DNA from: Eledone cirrhosa
Lineage: Eukaryota
DNA: 64,000 nt
NCBI GenBank assembly: GCA_964016885.1
Contig: OZ024749.1
Coordinates: forward strand, 8,556,001 to 8,620,000
Direction of reading: 5' to 3'
Made by a program: the position numbers and the translations under genes
The notes under the pieces: model-generated
Database searches by the model: none
Seen by the model: only the letters and a program-made list of their open reading frames with translations
What the model was told of the DNA's origin: nothing
In this document: positions 43,360 through 53,922 of the stretch, piece by piece
How positions within the stretch are numbered: position 1 is the first letter of the stretch
Layout of the letters: every line of letters starts with the position of its first letter

Positions 43360-44479
43360 TTAGGTATTAAATGAGCAATGAAAATAACAACAAATTCGAG
43401 TTATTTTACCTATTCATATCATTGTATATATATAGATGTGCGTGTGTGTGTGTGAGTGTATGTATATATGTATATATATATGCATTGATATAGCTTTCTT
43501 GAATTAATATATATATATGGAGTAGGCTTGGGGGATATGTGTGTGTATGTGTGTGTGTATATGTGTGTGTGTGCCTGTGTGTATGTATGTGTATGCGTGT
43601 GTGTGTGTGAGTATGTGTATGGAGCTACGCAGCTAGTTAAATAGATGTGTTGTTAGATAATGTCTTCCTTTTCTCAATCTATGAATCTATTAGAATTTCA
43701 TTGCTATTGTCTGCAAATATTCTATTGACTGTACCGTGTTTTAATAGTGCCAAACCGCATATCGTCTGCATTTATTCAATTTAGATCAATGGCGTTCTCG
43801 TTTCTTGGTTGGTGACAAATCACTGTCATTTCAGTTACTGAGTTCAGGAAAATGTATTTATTGACTTATATTGAGTGGCATTCATGGCAACACAACCTCC
43901 GTTGTCTATTTTATCGAATTCAATATAACGCTGTTCTCTTTCTTATTATTATCATTAGCATTAATTATTGTTATTTTTCTTTATTTTCATTTTAGCTACA
44001 AACAACCACACGATATATTTTTGGGGGGTTTTTGTTATTATCTGTGAGACATTGTTAGGTGGAGTGTGCGTTATTGAGTTTTACAACATTCATCAGGAAA
44101 TTGTTATCTCGTCGACAATACAGATTTTATACCTCGATAATAAAATGACAGAGATAAAAGACACGTTAAATGTTCAATCTTTATTACAAGGTTACAGCAG
44201 TGACTTCTACCTGAAGAGAAACTAACCGCAGATCGATTTCTACTAATAGGTGTCACATAGCTACCATGTTATTATTAATATAATAATGGCTGCTACTATA
44301 GGCACAAGGCCAGCAATTTCGGGGAAGGGAAAGTCTATTAAGTCGACCCTAGTGCATTACTGGTTCTTTATTTTATCGACACCGTAAGGAGGAAAGGTAA
44401 AGCTAACCTTGGCAGGAGTTCAACTTAGAATGTAAAGGGCCGTAACTCTATACAATGGTTTCTGACGTAAGCACAAGTA

Positions 44480-44740
44480 GAGGGACGTGACCAAGTGGTA
44501 AGGGTGTTGGACTTACGATCATAATGTCGTGGGTTCGATTCCTGGGTTGTGTGTTGTGTTCTTGAGCAAAACATTTCAATTCACGTTGCCCACAGCTGAA
44601 ATGAGTACCAGCAATTGCTGGGGCTTTAACCCTGCAATGGACTGGCATCCTGTCCAGAGGGGAGTCTTGTACTCTCAGTTACTTCACAGCATGAAACCGG
44701 GATAAGCACCGGCCAAAAGAGCCTTCTGGCTTAAAACAGA
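44480..44740 (+). mobile_element. tRNA-derived SINE with CORE-like and V-like domains (related CORE-type copies near 2335-2500, 37460-37755 and 39180-39320)
   Basis: B-box GGTTCGATTCC, CORE-like TGTGTTCTTGAGCAAAACA..., V-like AACCCTGCAATGGACTGGCATCCTGTCCAG.GGG. Confidence 0.62.
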
Positions 44741-45195
44741 CTTTTTGATGTAGGCACAATGCCAAAAATTTGGGGGCAGGGGAAAGTCTAAGGCGCCCCC
44801 AGTGCATTACTGGTGCCTTAAAAAGCCGTAACTGAGTTCAAATCCCGCCAATATCAACTTTGCCATTTATCCTTACAGGGTCGATAAAGTAAGTACAAAT
44901 AAAGTAATAGGCTCTAGACTTCCTTACCGCAGACATTACTGGTTGATAAAGTCGTTAGAGCAACGGAAAAACTTAGAAATGCGTGCATGTGCGAGTGAAA
45001 TTTACCGTATTATATTGTCTCGTCTTATGTTACATCTCTTGGGTACACTAAAGAAAATGGTGGTGGCATTAATGATCGAAATCATACTGATCTCCAGCAG
45101 TTAGCTGAAGAAAATTGATGAATATGAGGTACTCAAAGGAATTATTAGTAGTCCACTCTTTGTCATACATACACACCTGCATATTTATGTATATA

Positions 45196-45226
<31 letters not shown>

Positions 45227-45289
45227 ATGTCTGTGTGTATATATGTATATGCGCATGTATGTGGGTGTGCGTGTGTGTGTGTATGTACG

Positions 45290-45328
<39 letters not shown>

Positions 45329-45519
45329 TACCCCTACTGTGCGTTATCGACCCTAAACTGATGACAGTCGAATCTAACTAATTAAACACATCCTAAAATT
45401 ACGTAATTTAATGACGTGAAGCCACTTCCCATCTCTACTTCTTCCATCGCAACAGCAACAACAACAGCAACAGCAGCAGCAACAACCAGACCAACAACAA
45501 CAACAATAACAACAACAGC

Positions 45520-45551
<32 letters not shown>

Positions 45552-45809
45552 TTTCATTTATTGGCCACAAGGGCCGACATATAGGGGACAACACAATAGA
45601 CAGGGACAGTGGGGGTTTACATAGAGATCGAGTAAGTATAAATAACAAAAAAAACAAAAACAAAATAACAATAAAAATACAACAATGAAAGTTCCCCAAT
45701 AAGAGGGATCACCACCCAGGGTTGACTCAAGCACCCCACCAGTCCTGAGCCACCCGACGCTCCTAGGGCACCCGGGAAGGGCACCCCTCTCCTTCTCGAA
45801 TTCACCAGC

Positions 45810-48800
45810 CTACAGGCGCATGATCAGAGTAGGCCCACTCACGCGGGCCATTCTCGCCACATTCACCCACCTTTCAGTAAATGTACTGGGGGGCAGCACT
45901 TCTCTCTCCACCCTCACCTTCCTTTCCAAGTGAAACTTGAAGAAGTTGATGAGGGATTGGCCGAAGAGAAAAGTGTCTGTCTTCAGTCCTTTCAACCTGG
46001 TCCACCATGCAACCTCTTTCGCTACTGCCACCAGGCAGAGGAAAATTGCCTGCCCTTCCTGACCAAAAGAAGGCGGCGGGTCAATCTTCACTATGGACTC
46101 GGACGATAGCCGGATCCGTTCTACACGCGACAATAGCTGTTCGACATAACCCCACAAGTCAGCAATGCACGGACACTGGACGAGTGCGTGCAGAACGGTT
46201 TCGTCGCTCTGCGCGCATCTCGGGCAGGTTCGTCTGACAGCACTTCCGTGCCTGTAGAGTTTATCCCGAACCGGCAGCGCCCCCCGGTAGCACTGCCAAG
46301 CGAGGGATTTCTGGAAGTTATCCATCGTCCCCGGCTCGAAAGTCCTCCGGAACATACTGGTCAGTTCTACTTCGTTGACGCCCAGAGCCTCTCCTAGTAC
46401 GTCATCGCACTTGCCCTCCACTAATCCTCTATAGAAATCTTGAGTGGAAGTTCCACTTACCGCATTGCCCACCTTGCAGAGTGCAGTGAGCGCCTGGCAA
46501 CATTCCAGATGCCAGTCGCCCAGTCTCGGTCTCTTCTTGACCCAGGACTGCAGCTCAGTCAAAGAGATGAGCTGCGGAAAGGCCCGTCTAACAAACGGCG
46601 ACCACACCTGTTCACCGTTTAGGCAAAATATCTGGAGATGTCGCAGCCTCAGCGCATGTCTGCGCATCATTAGCCACGGCATGCCCAGCCCTCCACGAAG
46701 AGGGTGCTGGCAGCAGATGGACCGCCTCACCAACGGGACCCGTCCCCTCCACAAAAATTTGAAAAGGAGCCGTTCCAAATTGGCGAGGCGTGGACGGGGG
46801 CAAGGCACGACGGTCAGGCGGTAGTAGATGACGGACGCGATGTACGCGTTCGCCACCTCCGCCCGCCCTTTCAGTGATAGCTTTCTCTCAGCCCATTTCT
46901 GGGTGAGGTTGGCTATCCTGCTCGTCACCTCGTCCCAATTCTTATCCACCTGGAGGTCTGGTCCGAACCAAACCCCGAGCAACTTTACCGGTCCGTCTGT
47001 CCAGCGCCCAACGACGCTGTTGGACGGCATGGACTTGCCTCTCCAGGTGCCGAGCTGCAAGCCCACCGACTTTTCCGGGTTAAGTTTTGCTCCCGTCAAC
47101 CTTTCATATTCCTCCAAATGGGTGCGGATCACCTCGATTTCCGAGGTGTCCGACACCATCACGGTGATGTCGTCCGCATAAGCGGACGCAGCCTTTCTAC
47201 GTCCCGGTTCGAGCGGGATGCCCTGCAACAACTCCAGCTTCCGCAGTAGAGGCTCAAGAGTCATTACGTACAGAAGTGAGGAGAGAGGGCACCCTTGACG
47301 GACCGATCGAGAGATCTGAAACGGTTCCGAGAGGTGGCCATTAACTTTGACCACCGAGCGGATGCCGCTGTACATTGCAGCGATCCAGCTTCTGAAGACG
47401 GGGCCGAAGCCAGCCGCCTCGAGGACAGCCTCCAAGTACCGATGGTCGACCCTATCGAATGCTTTCGATTGATCTAAATTGATCAGAGCCCCACCGAAGC
47501 CAGGTTTGCACCCAACCCTCTCTATGATGTATCGCATGAGGTGGAGGTTGTCGTGTATGGACCTGGTCGGGATTGCGCAAGTTTGCGCCTCCCCAACCAA
47601 ATCTTTGACGACAAGCGCCAACCTTTTCGCTAACACCTTGGCCAAAATCTTAAACTCTGTGTTGAGCAGGGTTATGGGCCTGAAATTATCTAGTGTGTCC
47701 CTCTTGTTCTCGTCTTTCCTTATCAGCGTCACTACGCCACGGCTCACAGAACTGGGAATGCTCCCGTTCTGCTGCCAGTTGCAGTAGAGCGCTTCGAGGA
47801 GATCGGAGAACAAGTCTGGCATATTTACGTAAAGCTCGTAGGGCAGACCATCCAAACCGGGTGACTTGCGACTCGAGCAGCCGACAAGGGCGTCCTGAAT
47901 TTCGGCTGATGTTATCGGCTCTTCGCAGCGCTCAGCGTCGGCCGTCGAGAGGCGTGGCAAGCCGTCGAGGTAGGGACTGAAGTCCGCCGCCGTCTCCGAC
48001 TCACCCATCCTCCCGAACAATCGAGCAAAGTGCTGGCGAAAGGCCTCACACATCTGCTTGGAATCGCTCAGTTCGTGTCCATCTCGATCCGTCAAAGACC
48101 GAATTGTGGTTTTATTTCCACGCTGCGTCTCTGCAAAGCGAGCCCATCGGGCAGCTTTGGTTCCCTCGTTCCTCAGAGCACGCGCCTTAGCTCTGACAAT
48201 GCAACCTTCGTGTTTCGCATTGAAGAAATGGTCTAGTGCCATTCTCGCCGCTAGCACGTCTGTTGCAATGCCACTACAAATAGCCTCGTCTAACTTAGCT
48301 ATCAGCCCCTCCTCCTTTCTATTTTTCTCTATTGCTACTTCTTTGCTAAATCCTATCGAGGCTGCTCTAATCTCTCTTTTGAGTGCCCCCCACCACCTGT
48401 TGTTGACAACCCCCCCTGTCAACTTTTGCTTAACTAAGTTGTTGACCCGGTCCCTGTAAGCTTTACGTGCCGGAAACGACATGTTTAGCTTCCAGTAGCT
48501 AGGTCCTAACCTACGTGTCTTATCTAGGTCGACCATACAGATCACAAGCTTGTGATCTGAATAGGCAACCGTTTTAAAATGTGGACATCCTACACTATTT
48601 CTATCTCTTTTCCTAATGAAAATCCTATCTATGTACGATCTAGATGACCCTATGCGATTGGTCCAGGTCCATACTGGCGCATTAGGGAAATCTAGTCGGT
48701 ACCTGTCAGACAGTTGAAACTGGCTGATCAGGTACTTGAGGCTTTTGCACCCCCCGCTCCTATCAGATACTCCCACACAATCCCAGCGTGCTTCTAAGAT

Positions 48801-49229
48801 GCCATTCCAATCCCCTATTAACAGTAAAGGGCGAGACGTAAGCAGAAAGTTTTCCAGGCGCCTAAAGAAGTCCGGCCGACCGGCCCCAGTAGGGGCGTAG
48901 ACGGCCACCAGTCTAAAGGCACCACCTTCGCTATTGCTCACGTCCAGGACCACCAACTTTCCGTCAGGATCCCGGAAGATTGACCTTACCTCGAGATCCA
49001 GACATTTCCTAAACAGCACAGCCACTCCACCTCCCATTCCCGGCCGACTAACAGATGCAAAGATCTGATAATCGTCGAAAATCGGCGCCAGTGCGCGTGT
49101 GTCGGAAATTCTGGTCTCGCTGATGGCAATTACATCCATTCCTAGTGACCTGAGGTCGTTGAGCAAGTGACCTTGCTTCCAGGGCGACCCCAGGCCACGA
49201 ACATTTAAACTTCCTACTCTTATGGCCAT
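45810..49229 (-). CDS. Tx1-like ORF2: apurinic-type endonuclease, reverse transcriptase and C-terminal CCHC zinc finger (1139 aa)
   Basis: APE motifs (SLNVRGL, ISETR, VYAP, IGDWN, YIDRI, YSDH). RT motifs (KSPGLDG, FRPITLLN, LDQSKAFDRV, VRQGCPLS, AYADDI, KLLGV). C-terminal CPRC..ETVLHALVQC. Confidence 0.96.
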   Translation of the reverse strand: MAIRVGSLNVRGLGSPWKQGHLLNDLRSLGMDVIAISETRISDTRALAPIFDDYQIFASVSRPGMGGGVAVLFRKCLDLEVRSIFRDPDGKLVVLDVSNSEGGAFRLVAVYAPTGAGRPDFFRRLENFLLTSRPLLLIGDWNGILEARWDCVGVSDRSGGCKSLKYLISQFQLSDRYRLDFPNAPVWTWTNRIGSSRSYIDRIFIRKRDRNSVGCPHFKTVAYSDHKLVICMVDLDKTRRLGPSYWKLNMSFPARKAYRDRVNNLVKQKLTGGVVNNRWWGALKREIRAASIGFSKEVAIEKNRKEEGLIAKLDEAICSGIATDVLAARMALDHFFNAKHEGCIVRAKARALRNEGTKAARWARFAETQRGNKTTIRSLTDRDGHELSDSKQMCEAFRQHFARLFGRMGESETAADFSPYLDGLPRLSTADAERCEEPITSAEIQDALVGCSSRKSPGLDGLPYELYVNMPDLFSDLLEALYCNWQQNGSIPSSVSRGVVTLIRKDENKRDTLDNFRPITLLNTEFKILAKVLAKRLALVVKDLVGEAQTCAIPTRSIHDNLHLMRYIIERVGCKPGFGGALINLDQSKAFDRVDHRYLEAVLEAAGFGPVFRSWIAAMYSGIRSVVKVNGHLSEPFQISRSVRQGCPLSSLLYVMTLEPLLRKLELLQGIPLEPGRRKAASAYADDITVMVSDTSEIEVIRTHLEEYERLTGAKLNPEKSVGLQLGTWRGKSMPSNSVVGRWTDGPVKLLGVWFGPDLQVDKNWDEVTSRIANLTQKWAERKLSLKGRAEVANAYIASVIYYRLTVVPCPRPRLANLERLLFKFLWRGRVPLVRRSICCQHPLRGGLGMPWLMMRRHALRLRHLQIFCLNGEQVWSPFVRRAFPQLISLTELQSWVKKRPRLGDWHLECCQALTALCKVGNAVSGTSTQDFYRGLVEGKCDDVLGEALGVNEVELTSMFRRTFEPGTMDNFQKSLAWQCYRGALPVRDKLYRHGSAVRRTCPRCAQSDETVLHALVQCPCIADLWGYVEQLLSRVERIRLSSESIVKIDPPPSFGQEGQAIFLCLVAVAKEVAWWTRLKGLKTDTFLFGQSLINFFKFHLERKVRVEREVLPPSTFTERWVNVARMARVSGPTLIMRL

Positions 49230-49258
49230 GCTGGCAGGATGAATGGGAGAGGAAAGGT

Positions 49259-51169
49259 TTACTTACCTTCCGGGGTCTTGTGAAGGTCGGGTGGTTCGAC
49301 CTCCATGGTTTGTGGGGTTTCTTTTGGGAACCCCTTTAATAGTCTTGACGTGGGTTTTACGTTCGGGGTTCCCACATCCCGAGGAAAGCTCTTTCGAATT
49401 TCTTTGTATGAAGCGAGCGACATTCGCATCAGAAGCAAATTATCTGGTACGCGAAATGTGCTCGCTTCAAATGTTTCCCCGTCTTTTTCGATGTTTGTGC
49501 TTCGTGCTACATGGGCCATCAATTCCTTGTTGGCCCTTCTGGCAAGCACGAAGTTTTTAATGTTTTGTTGCTCGGGTTTTATTTGTTCGTGTGATTGTGG
49601 TGGTGATAGCTTTGTTAGTGTTGTTTCTATTGTGTCTGCGTTTGTTGTGGGTGGGGTGTCTGTAGTTTCTGATGTTTGTGTGTCTATTTGTTCTTGTGTC
49701 TGTTTAGCTTGTTTGCGTTTGGGGGATTTTGGTGGTTGTGTTGGTGATGCTGTGGGGAAAATGTTTGTGTGGGTGGTGTGTGTATTTTTTTTTGTGGGGG
49801 TGTTTGTGCTTTGTGGATTTCTTTTTTTTTTGTGTTTTGTTTTTTGTATTTTGGGGGACTTTGGTTTTCCCTCATCTTCACTGCTGGAGGATGAGGGGTC
49901 TGTGGCTGTGAGCGTGTTTGTGTCTGAGTGAGTGTTTATGTTCTTGTTCGTGTGTGTATTTTGGGGGGGAGGGGGAATGGGAGAGCTTTCCTCGTTTCCC
50001 CCCTGGGTGTGCAATTTTGGTGGTTCCATTGTTGACGGTGTTGCTGGTGGTCCTTGTCCCGGCGTCGCCAGCAGTGGCATCTTTCGACCCCTTGCGCTTT
50101 TCGGCAGTTGAGGGCAGAAGGCTCGCAAGTGTGTCGTTTCCCCACAAAGGAAACAATGCGGCCTTTTGCCCTCAGTCATTATATGCAACACCCTCCCGTT
50201 TTGGAGGCGGATGTGGTCCGGGATTGTTTTTACGTTTTCGGGTCTGATTTGGAGCAGTATCTCCAGATCAACCCCGGACCAGTCGTCCCTGGCAGTTCTC
50301 GTTGCCTCTACCGGGACTGTATCCGTTCCTTCCACGATTACGCAACCCAGGAGCCACCACATATCAAGTCCTGGTGGAATCCTGGGAATGCGCACACGTG
50401 CTATTCGTTTTCCCATGTGGGAGGGGTACATTATGACCTTGCTGGTTTTGCAAGGGGTCATTGAATGCTTCACAGCGAGGGCTTCAGACTTGAACAGCAC
50501 CGAAACGGTGCCGTATTGCCTGCCCCTCTCTATGAAGTCTGTGTCCTCTCTGATGTATTTCAGTGCGGCTTCTATGTCAGCTTGGGCGATTATCGCTGCC
50601 CTCTTTGTCTCTACTGAGATGCATCTGAAATGCACCGTTCTTTTTTCCACTGCCTCAATGGCTTCTGCCGGGACAGTTAAGTTTGCCCAGGTCTGCTCTT
50701 GATTTATGATTTTCCAGGCCTGGGCCAACTTTTCCTCTCTGTTGGTTAAGTCGATGCTGTAGCATGGTCTCCTTTTAGCCGCTGCCACAGCAGCGAAAGT
50801 GTTCTTGTTGGTGTTGTCACTGTTGTTGTTCTTGTTGGTGTTGCTGCTGCTATTGCTGTTGTTGTTCTCCCCTGTGTCGTGGTTACCTTCTGTGCTGTTG
50901 GCCTTGTTGGTGCTGCTGCTGTCGCTACTATTACTCTCTGTGCTGTTCGTTTTGTTGGTGCTCTCGCTATTACCACCTTCTGCGCTGTTCGGCTTGTTGG
51001 TGTTGGTGTTGTCGCTGTTACCACCTTCCGCGCCGCTCGGCCCGTTGGTGCTGGCACTGTCGCTGCTCACATTCGTGCTGGTGGCGCTCCTCGTCTCACC
51101 TCTCCTCTCAACGCTCAAGTCGCCGTTGCACGACAGCAGACCCGCCTCTAGGGGGCGTGGCTCCGCCAT
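49259..51169 (-). CDS. Tx1-like ORF1 (gag-like nucleic-acid-binding protein with zinc knuckle, 636 aa)
   Basis: CX2CX4HX4C knuckle CFLCGETTHLRAFC, with an Asn/Ser/Thr-rich N-terminus and a Pro/Lys/Thr-rich linker. Lies directly upstream of ORF2; start context AAAC-ATG-G. Confidence 0.88.
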   Translation of the reverse strand: MAEPRPLEAGLLSCNGDLSVERRGETRSATSTNVSSDSASTNGPSGAEGGNSDNTNTNKPNSAEGGNSESTNKTNSTESNSSDSSSTNKANSTEGNHDTGENNNSNSSSNTNKNNNSDNTNKNTFAAVAAAKRRPCYSIDLTNREEKLAQAWKIINQEQTWANLTVPAEAIEAVEKRTVHFRCISVETKRAAIIAQADIEAALKYIREDTDFIERGRQYGTVSVLFKSEALAVKHSMTPCKTSKVIMYPSHMGKRIARVRIPRIPPGLDMWWLLGCVIVEGTDTVPVEATRTARDDWSGVDLEILLQIRPENVKTIPDHIRLQNGRVLHIMTEGKRPHCFLCGETTHLRAFCPQLPKSARGRKMPLLATPGQGPPATPSTMEPPKLHTQGGNEESSPIPPPPQNTHTNKNINTHSDTNTLTATDPSSSSSEDEGKPKSPKIQKTKHKKKRNPQSTNTPTKKNTHTTHTNIFPTASPTQPPKSPKRKQAKQTQEQIDTQTSETTDTPPTTNADTIETTLTKLSPPQSHEQIKPEQQNIKNFVLARRANKELMAHVARSTNIEKDGETFEASTFRVPDNLLLMRMSLASYKEIRKSFPRDVGTPNVKPTSRLLKGFPKETPQTMEVEPPDLHKTPEGK

Positions 51170-51381
51170 GTTTTTTTGAGAAAAAAATTATTATTTTTTT
51201 CTCAAAATAAAGTTCAAATATTTGGGCCAAAAGGCCCAAATATTATGAGTTATTCCTTCACAGGATACAAATTAATGTCTTATAATGCTTCAGCGGTACA
51301 AAAAATAAACAATTCTCTACAATTAATCCTCAAAAAATTGCTTACTCACGGAGCTTCAAAAAACGTACATCCACTTTCGTC

Positions 51382-51418
<37 letters not shown>

Positions 51419-51852
51419 TAACCACAAAACCACTGGTTTCTAGTTGAGGTATAAGGCCTAATATTTGTGGTGAGTTGATTGTAATCAATAATATCGATCC
51501 CAGTCTCTGACTGGTGCTTTAATTTATCGATCCGCAAATGATGAAAGGTAGCGTTCACTTCGGCGGGAATAAGGATATTAATAATATCATTATTGATATC
51601 TTACATATGTAAAACAACTAAAAGTTGATGATGGAGCATAATCGAATTTATTGAGACCAAAAAGATGTCTGGTATTTAATATGGGCCCTGGGTGACTGTC
51701 AGGCAAAGATGACCTCGCTCGGATTTGAACTCAGAACGATAAGAGTCTGAAGCGTAAAAGGTAAAATCTGTGTCAAGCCCGGAAACTCATTAAGGCGATC
51801 TTCATTTCGGTTTTCTTGTTGTTAAGCTACTGGGAGTGCAAGACCCCCGCCC

Positions 51853-52368
51853 CCTCCATCGCAGTGTTAAACCCTCTCCGCTTTTGCTTGAGAGGTCACC
51901 CGTCCATCGCAGTGTTAACCACCTCAGCTTTTGCTTGAGAAGTCACCCGTCCATCGCAGTGTTAAACGCCCCCAGCTTTTGTTTGAGAGGTCATCCGTCC
52001 ATCGAAGTGTCAAACCCCCTCGGCTTTTGCTTGAGAAGTCACCCGTCCATGGCAGTGTTAAACCCCCTCGGCTTTTGTTTGAGAGGTCACCCGTCTATCG
52101 CAGTGTTAAAACCCCTCAGCTTTTGCTTGAGAGGTCACACGTCCATCGCAGTATTAACCCCCCTCAGCTTCTGCTTCAGAGGTCACCCGTCCATCGCAGT
52201 GTTAAACCCCCCTCAGCTTTTGCTTGAGAGGTAATCCGTCCATCGCAGTGTTAAACCCCCTCGGCTTTTCCTTGAGAGGTCACCCGTACATCGCAGTGTT
52301 AAACCCCTTCAGCTTTTACTTCAGAGGTCACCCGTCCATCGCAGTGTTAAACCCCTTCAGCTTTTGCT
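51853..52368. repeat. 48-bp GC-rich minisatellite, 11 units
   Basis: Unit GTCCATCGCAGTGTTAAACCCCCTCAGCTTTTGCTTGAGAGGTCACCC, starting at 51902, 51949, 51997, 52045, 52093, 52141, 52189, 52238, 52286 and 52334, plus a partial first unit. Confidence 0.92.
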
Positions 52369-52875
52369 AGTTCAGCTAAGTGTAATGTAGCCAGGTGAAA
52401 AGAAGTGTTTTGCTGAAGAACAAAACACAACAGTAATTTGGCAGTAGTCGGTTGAACGTTGGACCAAATATTTTGTAGTATTTAGTTATGTCATTCTACA
52501 TTCCGATTTCAAACCCCGCTGAGGTCAACTTTGCCGTTCATCCTTACAGGGTCGATAAAATAAAGTACCAGTTAAATACTGGGGTCGATTTAATGACTTT
52601 CGCCGTCCTTTCAAATTGGTGGTCTTCTGCCAAATATAGAAACCCTTATTATACTGGCAGTATCAGCAGCGCGTTAGACAATATGCTTCGCAGCATAGAG
52701 TTACAACCCTTTACGTTCTGAGTTCAAATAACGCCGAGGTTAGCTTTGCCTTTCATCCTTACAAAGTCGATAAAATAAAGTACCGACTTTCCCCACCCAC
52801 CAAATTGCTGGCCTCGTGCCAAATGTAGAAATCTTTATTATACGATGCTCATGTAGCAAATAAAAGAAATCATTA

Positions 52876-53665
52876 TCTATATATATAAAACAGAGGATGT
52901 CTGTGTGTCTGTTTCCCTAAAACTCGAGAAGTACGCAACCGGTTTTTTTCAAACTTTATACATGTAACTCGTATGACCCCGGAAGTGTTTTGAGCAAAAA
53001 GAATTTCAAATTTGCAATGCCCTAGAGACCGCATTAAGCGATTTAGCGATCTCTTTCTCTTAGTCTTTCTCTTTTTAGATAGATACATAGATATGACGTC
53101 GCGCCTTCATAATATCTGTCTGTATGCCTGACTGTCTGTATTACGTCATTATGACGCGATCAGTGTGTGTGTGTATATATATATATATTCTTATGCCAGG
53201 GAACGTCTTCACGAACCAAAGTATCGTCTTCCTGTTTTCCAGATTGATTTTTTTAGTTTAAGAAGATCCCGTTAAGGTTAAAAGCAGCGATTCTTTGCTT
53301 AAACATTAATATGTTATTTTAATATAGATATTCGTGTACAGATATTTTTGCATACACAAAAACAAAATATAAACAAACAAGGCCAAAGATTACATCAATT
53401 AGTCTTAGTATATGTACTTCATACTGCTTTTAGGTAGAATATCCCGTTAAGGGTGAAAGCAGTGATTCTTTGCTTAAACTTTAGTCTGTTATTTTAATAT
53501 ATATATATATATATAATTATATATTTATGGACAGATATTTTTGCATACACAATAACAAAATATAAACAAACGTATTTATTTCACGAGATTCGATAAGGAT
53601 AAATATATATCAAATATATAAGAACCCTATAGCAAATCCCGAGCAACGCCGGGCCATTCTGCTAG
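52876..53665 (+). mobile_element. Non-autonomous Helitron
   Basis: A|TCTATATATATAAAACAGAGGATGTCTG...CCCGAGCAACGCCGGGCCATTCTGCTAG|T. The 5' end is nearly identical to the 33.8-kb copy. Confidence 0.82.
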
Positions 53666-53776
53666 TTATAGATAAAATATAGTACCAGTTAAATACTGAG
53701 GGCGTTTTAATCGAGTTTACCTTCACCCAAGTTGCTGAACTAGTGTCAATGTTAGTAATAATTAATCATCCTAGAC

Positions 53777-53922
53777 CAGGGTTCCCAAAACTTTTCAAAC
53801 GCGGAAACTTTTTTTGGTTCAGAAACCTTTGTTAGAACCCCGAAGTCTAATACTGTTATATGGTTGTAATATAAATATACTCCTCTATCTTTTTTTCATG
53901 GAACCCATTTTTGGAACCACTG
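53777..53922. mobile_element. hAT/Charlie-type MITE
   Basis: TIRs CAGGGTTCCCAAA / TTTGGAACCACTG. Flanks tcCTAGAC / ctCTAGAC resemble the 8-bp nTCTAGAn target duplication. Confidence 0.65.

Larger units (their letters stand above)
45550..51381 (-). mobile_element. Full-length Tx1/L1-group non-LTR retrotransposon (5'UTR-ORF1-ORF2-3'UTR) flanked by (AAT)n on both sides
   Basis: Two long intact ORFs 29 bp apart. On the minus strand the 3' end reads ...GGCCAATAAATGAAATC followed by (ATT)10, and the 5' end GACGAAAGTGGATG is preceded by (ATT)12. Confidence 0.93.

Noticed and set aside
46007-51179. Many short + strand ORFs within the Tx1 element
   Set aside because: They are antisense shadows of the GC-rich ORF1/ORF2 with no recognisable motifs.
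51853-52368. CRISPR-like appearance of the 48-bp array (and the 99-bp array at 25.5 kb)
   Set aside because: There are no unique spacers and no cas genes, the context is eukaryotic, and the units are contiguous tandem repeats.
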